DNA from: a virus
Lineage: Duplodnaviria > Caudoviricetes
Strand: one strand, 5' to 3'
IMG/VR virus record: IMGVR_UViG_3300050029_000207
Coordinates: 1 to 58,746 of that record
DNA length: 58,746 bases
The notes below the pieces were generated by a model that did no database searches, was not told the DNA's origin, and saw only the letters and a list, made by a program, of their open reading frames with translations. Numbering within the stretch: position 1 is the stretch's first letter; every line of letters starts with the position of its first letter. Position numbers and translations under genes: made by a program. Below, piece after piece: positions 1 through 6,951 of this stretch.

Positions 1-127
1 CAAAATCTGGCCGGAATAATCCGCCTATCTGCCCGCAGTGCAAATCCGAACTCCGGCAAATGAGCACGCTCTGGTCAAAATGTCCTAAATGCGGCATCAG
101 AATAATGAACAGCGTGGCCGCGATGCC
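1..127. repeat. terminal overlap identical to 58620-58746 (circular assembly)
   Basis: 127-nt exact repeat at both ends; an ORF reads across the junction. Confidence 0.95.
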
Positions 128-232
128 CAGCGAAAAAAGCTGAGCCACCGCCGACTAAAATCTATGAATATAAATAACCTTCTCGGACAACTGCCATGCG
201 TAACGGCGGTTGGCTCCGGCGACTGGTTGGGC
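125..232 (-). mobile_element. attC: attC site (integron cassette recombination site)
   Basis: plus strand GCCCAGC-GAAAAAA-GCTGAGC...GCTCCGGC-GACTG-GTTGGGC; imperfect inverted repeat with R and L boxes; left core deviates (AGC for AAC). Confidence 0.85.
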
Positions 233-235
233 GTC

Positions 236-286
236 CGACTGCAAGGAGAGCGTCCAATAGGCGTTTCTTGCAGTGATTTGTTAAGC
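236..286 (-). mobile_element. attC: truncated attC (one arm only)
   Basis: GCAGTGATTTGTTAAGCGGCG identical to the right end of the 1328-1427 site. Confidence 0.6.
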
Positions 287-307
287 GGCGAACAACGACA
301 ACCAAAA

Positions 308-751
308 ATGAAAACTAAAATAGAACTGACTGACTCAATCCAAGACGTGCTGTTCAAAATGTCCGAAGGCAATCCCGGCGCTCTGACTGTGTGCCTGGGC
401 ATCCTCGAACACGGCGAGAAAATAGACCCCGACAACGCAATGGGCGGACTCGGAATAATCCTCTCGCTCGACACGCTTGGACTCTACGGCTCAAAAATCT
501 GGATGTTGTTCAGAGACGTGTGTGAAAGCGACCTCGCTCAAATGCTCGCCATGCTGCGTGGGTGGCAACTCGGAATGCTGTCAGAAACCCAAGTGCGTCA
601 CGCGGTCGAAAATCACGGCGATGGCATCAATGTCGCCGACATCTGCCAAAAAGTCACCGAACGTCTGCCGCGCTTCCAACTGAAGCCGCCGAACATAAAA
701 GCTCACCCCACTGCCGCGAAAGCGAGCGTGGACGGCACTGAAAATCTATGA
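308..751 (+). CDS. hypothetical phage protein (cassette cargo); alternative in-frame start at 164 inside attC
   Basis: ORF 89..751; A-rich leader before ATG 308; C-terminus PNIKAHPTAAKASVDGTENL encoded by the next attC arm. Confidence 0.75.
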   Translation: MKTKIELTDSIQDVLFKMSEGNPGALTVCLGILEHGEKIDPDNAMGGLGIILSLDTLGLYGSKIWMLFRDVCESDLAQMLAMLRGWQLGMLSETQVRHAVENHGDGINVADICQKVTERLPRFQLKPPNIKAHPTAAKASVDGTENL

Positions 752-762
752 GTGAAACCAAA
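688..762 (-). mobile_element. attC: partial attC (left arm only)
   Basis: GCCGAAC-ATAAAA-GCTCACC...; 699-762 identical to 52674-52737 of an intact site. Confidence 0.7.
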
Positions 763-918
763 TACGCCACAATGCAAGACCTCGCGGTGTGCTCGTTCAT
801 AAACGCCTCACGCATGGCCGAAGCCGGGCATCTGAAACAGGCATATATGGAAGCCGAATCAGGGCAACGCCAACTGAAAGCGGCGATAGGTGCAATTTCG
901 CCGAACGACCGCGCATGA
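748..918 (+). CDS. small hypothetical protein, 56 aa (MSETKYATMQDLAV...PNDRA)
   Basis: ATGA overlaps with both neighbouring ORFs; below ORF-track cut-off. Confidence 0.6.
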   Translation: MSETKYATMQDLAVCSFINASRMAEAGHLKQAYMEAESGQRQLKAAIGAISPNDRA

Positions 919-999
919 GCCACGCCGCACCAATGACCACCGCCCGCGATAGCGGACTGACGACGCCAATAGGCGTTGGCTCCGTGCGCTTGGTTAGGC
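900..999 (-). mobile_element. attC: attC site
   Basis: GCCGAAC-GACCGC-GCATGAGC...GCTCCGTGC-GCTTG-GTTAGGC. Confidence 0.9.
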
Positions 1000-1346
1000 G
1001 GCGTGCGACAAAACTCTCTGCGTCCGATGTCCTAATAAATCTGCGCGACTGGGCCTGGCTTGAGGCTCGCGTCGAGGCCGAACCGTCAAAGCAAAATATC
1101 TGGCTGGCTGTCCGCGACTGGGCGAACGGAATTGCCGCCAAAAATAAAATTGAACTTACCGCGCCCTGCCCCGAAAACCGCGAACCGCTGACAGACCGGG
1201 ATTTGAGTCTGTCGAATAATTTTGGGAGCGGCGAAAGCCTAGAGCGTGATAAATCTGGCGCAACTATCCATCCGCAAAGTCACCGTTTGGCAAAATGCTC
1301 GCAAGTCCAGATTGCTCCCAATCAGCCGCCTAACGACCGCGCATGA
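915..1346 (+). CDS. hypothetical protein (cassette cargo) starting inside attC
   Basis: ATG at 915 or 933 within attC, reading through GTTAGGC; ends PNDRA in next attC. Confidence 0.6.
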   Translation: MSHAAPMTTARDSGLTTPIGVGSVRLVRRRATKLSASDVLINLRDWAWLEARVEAEPSKQNIWLAVRDWANGIAAKNKIELTAPCPENREPLTDRDLSLSNNFGSGESLERDKSGATIHPQSHRLAKCSQVQIAPNQPPNDRA

Positions 1347-1427
1347 GCCACGCCGCATTAACGACTCCCGCCCGCGATAGCGGAACTGAATGCGCCAACG
1401 GCGGTTCGCAGCAGTGATTTGTTAAGC
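1328..1427 (-). mobile_element. attC: attC site (hybrid arms)
   Basis: GCCTAAC-GACCGC-GCATGAGC...GCAGCAGT-GATTT-GTTAAGC. Confidence 0.8.
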
Positions 1428-1453
1428 GGCGGAATCGTAACACTAAACAAAAA

Positions 1454-1831
1454 ATGAAAACTCAAACCCTCGAAGAATATCACGCCGGGCTAAAGGCTCA
1501 AGGCGTGCCAATCGAACACTGCGCGATGCGCTGCCCGATGTGCGGCACAATCCAAAGCGCGCAAGACCTGATAGCGGCTGGCGCTGGGAAGAACCTCGAT
1601 GAAGTCGAAAAGTATCTCGGCTTCTCCTGTGTCGGAAGATGGACACACCAAAAGCCACCGCCGAAGGAAAAGGGAACACAGCACGGATGCAACTGGACTC
1701 TGGGCGGACTGTTCCAGTGCCACGACCTCACCGTGATAACACCGGACGGCGCGAAGTGTCCCCGCTTCGAGCTATGCACGCCAGAGGAAGCGCAGGCGCA
1801 CATGCACGAGCGCGATACTGTAGCCGCTTAA
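1454..1831 (+). CDS. VVA0879-like Cys-rich phage protein (cassette cargo)
   Basis: CPMCG...FSCVGRW...GCNWTLGGL motifs; stop TAA lies in attC core GCTTAAC. Confidence 0.75.
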   Translation: MKTQTLEEYHAGLKAQGVPIEHCAMRCPMCGTIQSAQDLIAAGAGKNLDEVEKYLGFSCVGRWTHQKPPPKEKGTQHGCNWTLGGLFQCHDLTVITPDGAKCPRFELCTPEEAQAHMHERDTVAA

Positions 1832-1924
1832 CGAAAAAAGCTGAGCCACCGCCGACCTGCGACGTGAACCGCGATAGCGGAACGGACAGCGCCAACGGCG
1901 GTTGGCTCCGGCGACTTGTTAGGC
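1826..1924 (-). mobile_element. attC: attC site
   Basis: GCTTAAC-GAAAAAA-GCTGAGC...GCTCCGGC-GACTT-GTTAGGC; near-identical to 58228-58326. Confidence 0.95.
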
Positions 1925-1951
1925 TGCAACTCGTGAACTGACATAAAATCT

Positions 1952-2203
1952 ATGGAAAACAAAACTGAAACAACTCGGTTCCATGTTGAAAAACGAAACG
2001 GCATCATCGCCGTGTATGACATGAAACATCCGAAATATGATCCAGACAGGCAAGGCTGCCACTCTGACCTGCCGTGGGTAGTCGCGGCGTGGCACGGATA
2101 CAACGACGCCAAAGAAGGATGGTGTCTGTACGACTGGTAAATCTTAAAAGCTGAAAATCTATGTGCCATGCTAAATGCGAAGTGGCCTAACGATCCGAAC
2201 TGA
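1952..2203 (+). pseudogene. cassette cargo gene with probable premature TAA at 2138-2140 (or an intact 62-aa gene)
   Basis: frame continues ILKAENLCAMLNAKWPNDPN* into the next attC as neighbouring cassettes do. Confidence 0.5.
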
Positions 2204-2296
2204 GACACCCGCGACCTATGACTCTCGAAAAACCAGAAACCTTTACGGACAACCCGCAAGCGCCAACGCGGGTTGTCTCGAGTGAGTCTGTTAGGC
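2185..2296 (-). mobile_element. attC: attC site
   Basis: GCCTAAC-GATCCG-AACTGAGACACCCGCG...CGCGGGTTGTCTCGAGT-GAGTCT-GTTAGGC. Confidence 0.85.
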
Positions 2297-2601
2297 CGAC
2301 GGCAACATCGGAACAACTCTACGGAATATCGGAGCAGCCGAAACCGACCTGCCCGATGATAGACTCCGTGATAGCCGACCTGCAAAAGTGCTACCGCGAA
2401 ATGAATCGGTGGGAACGGCACAAAGACGACGCCGAATATCTGGCGCAAGTGCTGGACACCGTGGCGTGGATAATCGGAAACATGGAGCCAGGCCTAGAAA
2501 AAATCCGAGACAATGCAGACAAAATACGCGGATGGGGTCAGGAATGGAAAGACCTCGCCAAAGAACACGCGCCGAAACCGGACGAAACGGAGTCGGCCTA
2601 A
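2218..2601 (+). CDS. hypothetical helical protein (cassette cargo) starting inside attC
   Basis: ATG in attC loop; PTCPMIDSVI...IRGWGQEW; stop in next core. Confidence 0.75.
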   Translation: MTLEKPETFTDNPQAPTRVVSSESVRPTATSEQLYGISEQPKPTCPMIDSVIADLQKCYREMNRWERHKDDAEYLAQVLDTVAWIIGNMEPGLEKIRDNADKIRGWGQEWKDLAKEHAPKPDETESA

Positions 2602-2703
2602 CGAAAAAAGCTGAGCCACCCGCGACTAAAATCTATGCAAATCAATAACCTTCTCGGATTACTGACAGCGCCAACGCGCATTGGCTCCGGCGACTTGTTA
2701 GGT
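2596..2703 (-). mobile_element. attC: attC site
   Basis: GCCTAAC-GAAAAAA-GCTGAGC...GCTCCGGC-GACTT-GTTAGGT. Confidence 0.9.
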
Positions 2704-2729
2704 GCGGACGTGATAACTGAATAAAAATT

Positions 2730-3026
2730 ATGAAAATAAAAATACCGGCGGTGGAAAAAGAAGTCTGCGACATATGCGGACGCGATGGAATACTTGAAAC
2801 ATGCGTGGTGTGTGGAAACCGATACTGCCTGATCTGCCACTGCTATCTTCCGGGCTGCATGGTGCGCCCCGACGTGTGCAAGAAGTGCGACAGCCGCGCC
2901 GACGTGAATCAAATCTCGAAACGCTTCGGGCTGCTCATCCACGACCTATGCAAACAGCGCGAGGCCGAACTGAAACAACTAGCACCTAACAATGTTATTA
3001 GGCCAAACCCGGAATCAGATCACTAA
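2730..3026 (+). CDS. multi-CxxC zinc-binding protein (attI-proximal cassette cargo)
   Basis: CDIC, CVVC, CLIC, CKKC; reads through ACCTAAC into attI-like site. Confidence 0.75.
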   Translation: MKIKIPAVEKEVCDICGRDGILETCVVCGNRYCLICHCYLPGCMVRPDVCKKCDSRADVNQISKRFGLLIHDLCKQREAELKQLAPNNVIRPNPESDH

Positions 3027-3027
3027 C
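2984..3027 (-). mobile_element. attI: attI-like site
   Basis: minus strand GTTAGTG...GTTTGGCCTAAT-AACATT-GTTAGGT: core plus degenerate inverse core, no attC hairpin, at the array end. Confidence 0.65.
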
Positions 3028-3309
3028 ATGAAATACTGGCGCACAAGTGGTTATCGAAAGGCAGCAAGGCGAAGAGGGATTGAGGCTTACTATCGCAAAA
3101 AGGCAGCGTCGGAAGCCATTCCTGAAAACGAAAATGTGTGCAAGCCGAAAATTCGCCACTCATTGAAGACGATTTTGAAATTCGACCATGAACCGCAGAT
3201 GACTTTGACCGTTGACATTCTGCCGTGGGGCGGCTGGTCAATTTCTCCGACGGCAATCGGGAAGAAAATTCAACAGGCCATGATCGGCTATGCTGCTACC
3301 GCCGCCTGA
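3028..3309 (+). CDS. basic hypothetical protein occupying the usual intI position
   Basis: ATG 2 nt after previous stop; 93 aa; no tyrosine-recombinase motifs. Confidence 0.6.
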   Translation: MKYWRTSGYRKAARRRGIEAYYRKKAASEAIPENENVCKPKIRHSLKTILKFDHEPQMTLTVDILPWGGWSISPTAIGKKIQQAMIGYAATAA

Positions 3310-3406
3310 AATACCACCAAGCCACCGAAAGCAGCAAGATTGCCAGACAGATTTTGTCCAAATTCCAAGTGACCATTGACCATTCGTGCGGCGTCATAAA
3401 TTGATT

Positions 3407-3438
3407 GACCGGCGGCATCTCACCGCCGGTCTTTTTTT
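3407..3438 (+). terminator. rho-independent terminator where the two genome arms converge
   Basis: GACCGGCGG-catctca-CCGCCGGTC-TTTTTTT. Confidence 0.85.
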
Positions 3439-3541
3439 GTGCGCGCTCTTTTGTCGAGCATGGATCGTGCGCGCTTCCGAAAGGATGCCGGCGGCAGGGA
3501 AACCTTGCAAACCTACCGCCGGCCAGTTGCAACTGCGTCCC

Positions 3542-3787
3542 TCAGGACGAATTGGTTAATATCTTGCGGTGCATCCGCCAGTGCGTCTGGCAGCAATCCC
3601 GTTCAGTTTCTTCACATTTCATTTTGTTTTGACTGGACAGAACCACCCCGCAGCCTGGATGGATGCAGCGGCGGACGCGCTTGATCTTTTCCCACTGCGC
3701 GCCCAACCGCCGGGCAAGTTCCCAGTTGTGCGCCCGGTGCGCGGCGATTAGGCGGTTCCGCAAGTCTTTTTTCTCAATGGCCGTCAC
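3542..3787 (-). CDS. Cys-rich hypothetical protein
   Basis: GTG start overlapping upstream stop; CIHPGC...CCQTHW. Confidence 0.55.
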   Translation of the reverse strand: MTAIEKKDLRNRLIAAHRAHNWELARRLGAQWEKIKRVRRCIHPGCGVVLSSQNKMKCEETERDCCQTHWRMHRKILTNSS

Positions 3788-4299
3788 GGGTTTGCCGCTG
3801 GCGAATTGGTGGACACCGTTACCGGAACTGCACTTAGCGGCTGTCCATTGGTTCCAACGACTGAAATCAGCAGCGGGTTTGACGTGTTGATAGTTGGTTG
3901 ATTGTAAGCAGCCGCCGGAAGCAAGCCGGTTGCCGTGGAAGTCGAATCGTCGAAGTCTTGATTGAACCAACCAATATTGTCGTTCCCGTGACTTGCAAAT
4001 GGTGCGGTGTAGATTTGCCTGGTAGCGGTTGGAATGGTTAGCGTTTCGTGCGTGCCACGACCAAGGTCAAAGGTGGCGGGCGACATCGAGGAGCTTCCCA
4101 AGATATGCAGCCTGATACCGATGAACGCCTCCTTGTCCCGAACCACTTTGGTAAGCAGCGCATCCTGCTTGGCTGAGTGGTAATAGGTGCTATTCGTTCC
4201 GGTTGGCGAGGCGGATGTGGTTGATTTTGTGAGCGTGCGCGCGCAGCCGGACGTTGCGATAATGCACGCTAGAATTGCGATGATGGATAATTTCTTCAT
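3784..4299 (-). CDS. putative lipoprotein
   Basis: MKKLSIIAILACIIATSGC lipobox. Confidence 0.7.
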   Translation of the reverse strand: MKKLSIIAILACIIATSGCARTLTKSTTSASPTGTNSTYYHSAKQDALLTKVVRDKEAFIGIRLHILGSSSMSPATFDLGRGTHETLTIPTATRQIYTAPFASHGNDNIGWFNQDFDDSTSTATGLLPAAAYNQPTINTSNPLLISVVGTNGQPLSAVPVTVSTNSPAANP

Positions 4300-4575
4300 A
4301 GTTTCTCTTTCGGTTTAGCTCCCGCCGCGCATCACTTGTCCGCGACTCGGCTGTTCGGCACACGCCGAGAGTCGAGGCATTTGGAGCGGCTTGACGGATG
4401 CGCGGCGGAAATTGATCGGCACTTTTACAAAGCATCTGGCCCGCTTCGGACATCTCGACTTGTTGAAGCGGAAAAATAATGTGACAGCATTCGCACTCCT
4501 GCTCCATTGCGGACGGCGGCAGAAGAATCAGCGGCACCCTGTAGCCTCTGTAATCAACGATGGCGTGGTCTTGAA

Positions 4576-5070
4576 TCATTTTAGTAATTCCGGCCAGCGG
4601 TCGGGAACTTGAGACATAAATTGCGCGTGGTATTCCTTGAGTGTGGCAACCTGTTTCGGGTCGTGCCGATCCCATACAAATCCACCACCAGCCCGGACGC
4701 TCGCATAAATTGAATTGCGCGTGATCCATGTCGCCCCAAGCTCCTGTAGCGCGTCCAATAGAATCCAGTCGCAATCCTTGCGCGGGAACATTTCGGACGC
4801 ATACAGCCAATCGTGGAGCACATAGGCTGGGGCGTAGCGACCGTCCTTACGGTAGATATTTTGGAAAATCTGCGGGATGCTGCCATAGTCGGTTTCCCAT
4901 ACCGGACATATCACCATTTCCGGCAAGGTGCCAAGGCTCGACGGCGGGACGATGATCCTTGAACCGTCCGGCTGAACACTGGCGAACGGCTCTTCGAGCA
5001 ACCAGGTGTCGCCGTCGCGGAGTTCGATTGTCTCCGGCATCGTTAAAAAATCTGGTGAGTAGAGGAACAT
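4576..5070 (-). CDS. DUF1353-family protein
   Basis: TDYGSIP...AYVLHDWLY...DCDWILL...YASVRAGG. Confidence 0.8.
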   Translation of the reverse strand: MFLYSPDFLTMPETIELRDGDTWLLEEPFASVQPDGSRIIVPPSSLGTLPEMVICPVWETDYGSIPQIFQNIYRKDGRYAPAYVLHDWLYASEMFPRKDCDWILLDALQELGATWITRNSIYASVRAGGGFVWDRHDPKQVATLKEYHAQFMSQVPDRWPELLK

Positions 5071-5073
5071 AAA

Positions 5074-5397
5074 TCATTTGGCCGGCGGTTCCGGCGACAC
5101 CTTCAAGCTATCCGTCACCGACTGCGTGCGCGTGATGAATTGTGTGTCATCCCCGAACTGTCGTTCAACTTTTTTCGCAGCGCGAGAGAAAAACGCGAGC
5201 ATCGTGTTGCCCCAACTTAAGAACACCGCCAGCCACATCATTAATTTACCTTGCGTATCCATCGTGGAATAGTTTGTGTTTTGCAGCGATGCGAGAACTG
5301 CGCCGGTCAACGAGGTTGCCGTGAAGAAACAAAACCACGCAATCGCCATCCGCCATTCGATTATGGCCAGCTTTGCTTTGTTGATTTGGTCGCTCAT
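5074..5397 (-). CDS. putative holin
   Basis: 107 aa, two hydrophobic segments, charged C-terminus, end of late arm. Confidence 0.5.
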   Translation of the reverse strand: MSDQINKAKLAIIEWRMAIAWFCFFTATSLTGAVLASLQNTNYSTMDTQGKLMMWLAVFLSWGNTMLAFFSRAAKKVERQFGDDTQFITRTQSVTDSLKVSPEPPAK

Positions 5398-5939
5398 GGT
5401 TTTGACATCAACTTCGCCTCAATCAGCGACAACCGCTTATCGCTGTCAACCGTTCCGTGCGCGTTGATGTGGCTGATTAAAATCTCCAACGCTTCAAGTT
5501 TTGATTCGATTAACTCCACCTTGGTTGACGTAGCTGTGAATTTGTCGTTCTGCACCAGCACAGCAGCCGCTATTTTGCCGGCGGATTCCGCCGTCCGATC
5601 CACGTCCGCTTTCAACGCCTTGAGGTCCGAAGCATTGGACGCAACCTTGTCATTTTGAATCAAAACCGCCGTGGCTAATTTATCCGCCGACATTGCCGCA
5701 CGTTCGACATCGGCGGAAATAGGATGGATCGCCGCCGCCCACAGGCACCCAATGAGCGTCAGCAAGAAACCACAAAGCGCAATCAGCGTCATCCAATCCG
5801 TCTTGCCAGAGCGGTTGAGCGAGTCCTGAATGTCGCGCAGTGCTTTCCACATGCCGGTCAATTCCACGGTGATGTTATCCACCTTGGTCTCAACCTTTGT
5901 CAGCCGTTCGTTCCCTTGATTCGTTTCCATAATTTCCAT
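5394..5939 (-). CDS. coiled-coil membrane protein (lysis region)
   Basis: ERLTKVETKV coil, one TM, internal repeat (AVLIQNDK/AVLVQNDK). Confidence 0.6.
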   Translation of the reverse strand: MEIMETNQGNERLTKVETKVDNITVELTGMWKALRDIQDSLNRSGKTDWMTLIALCGFLLTLIGCLWAAAIHPISADVERAAMSADKLATAVLIQNDKVASNASDLKALKADVDRTAESAGKIAAAVLVQNDKFTATSTKVELIESKLEALEILISHINAHGTVDSDKRLSLIEAKLMSKP

Positions 5940-6028
5940 AATTTAGTTTTCCGGTTGCGCCGCCTGGTAATCAAGCAGTGGTTTGGGTTGCTGTTGAACG
6001 TGCATCGTTTCTTTTTGGGCTTCATTGC

Positions 6029-6697
6029 TCATGGTGATGGAACGGTTACAACTTTCGTCGGGGTTAATTTCAGTCTGAAAAACTTTCCGCTGTCCACCGG
6101 CGACAGCAGTCCATTGGTCGGAAACTGAAACGGCATCCAGTCCGTCAGGTTAGTCGTGCTCTCACTGGACATGCGCAGCATCGGAGTGTTAGTCAGCACG
6201 ACCTCGCGGACAAGGCTTGTGAAACCCATGCGCCCGTCCGGCGTCACCACGACGGCAACGATGTTGAAATAACTTGTGCCTGTCGGCAGCGCGTCCTGAT
6301 TGTAACTGGCGTTGCTGGTTGCACCGACCGGCATCCATTCGCCGTAAAGCCCGGACTGCGGCCCGCGCACCAGCCAGTAGCCAACCACGGCGCCGTCAGT
6401 TGTTGACGCTTCTTTCCACGAGAATGAAAGGTTGGTTTGCGCTTCAACGCCAATGCTCAAAACCATCATTCCACAGGTCAGAATCAAGCCAAGCCGCTTC
6501 AGTTTCCTGCGCCAGATTTTTGCGAGACTGGCCGCGCCGATCCTTGCCCTGAACGCCGGCCCGTTCGCCAAACCGTCCAGCATCTTCGGCACGGCCCTCA
6601 GCAGCTTCGTTTGCGCATCGCTCTTGTCCATCCACTGCCGGGCTATCGCGCACTGGTTGTGGTAAGCTTCGCTCAGTTGTTTTTCTTTGGCGCTCAT
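6029..6697 (-). CDS. exported Fn3-like domain protein
   Basis: internal signal-like segment ending VEA-QTN; LSFSW...VVGY...GLYG; C-terminal ESTTNLTDW...FFRL. Confidence 0.6.
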   Translation of the reverse strand: MSAKEKQLSEAYHNQCAIARQWMDKSDAQTKLLRAVPKMLDGLANGPAFRARIGAASLAKIWRRKLKRLGLILTCGMMVLSIGVEAQTNLSFSWKEASTTDGAVVGYWLVRGPQSGLYGEWMPVGATSNASYNQDALPTGTSYFNIVAVVVTPDGRMGFTSLVREVVLTNTPMLRMSSESTTNLTDWMPFQFPTNGLLSPVDSGKFFRLKLTPTKVVTVPSP

Positions 6698-6951
6698 TCA
6701 CTTTTCTTTTCGAGGCTGATCCTACCCTGCGGCCACGATGCCGGGTCGCGGTTGTCGGGCCGTTCGTATTCCCAAAACACATCACCAGTCAGCGCGTTCG
6801 TGACTGGCCGTTGATACCAGACCGCTCCTGCCCCGTCTTCATAGCGCGTCCAGCCGTTGTGAGTAGTCGCGCACCCGCTCAACAGCAGGCACGCAAGCGG
6901 CAGATACCATATGCCATCGGAGAGCCAAAATATGAGGCGGATGAGTTTCAT
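6694..6951 (-). CDS. putative lipoprotein
   Basis: LACLLLSGC lipobox; ATGA coupling. Confidence 0.6.
   Translation of the reverse strand: MKLIRLIFWLSDGIWYLPLACLLLSGCATTHNGWTRYEDGAGAVWYQRPVTNALTGDVFWEYERPDNRDPASWPQGRISLEKKSE

Noticed and set aside
2138-2140. Stop-codon reassignment
   Set aside because: Single case; long genes are intact under the standard code and TAA, TAG and TGA all end genes
125-2703. CRISPR array or REP/MITE interpretation of the repeats
   Set aside because: Repeats are ~100-130 nt and divergent, spacers are whole genes, no cas operon, and cores pair with the next site as in cassettes
1828-2942. Minus-strand ORFs ending PNKSPEPTAVGA...WLSFFR (also 97..474, 58133..58393, 58230..58622, 52721..53329)
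   Set aside because: Shadow translations of attC sites opposite well-formed plus-strand genes
4190-4810. 206-aa ORF as annotated in the track
   Set aside because: Overlaps DUF1353 and the lipoprotein gene; at most the part from ATG 4579 may be real, and its end is uncertain
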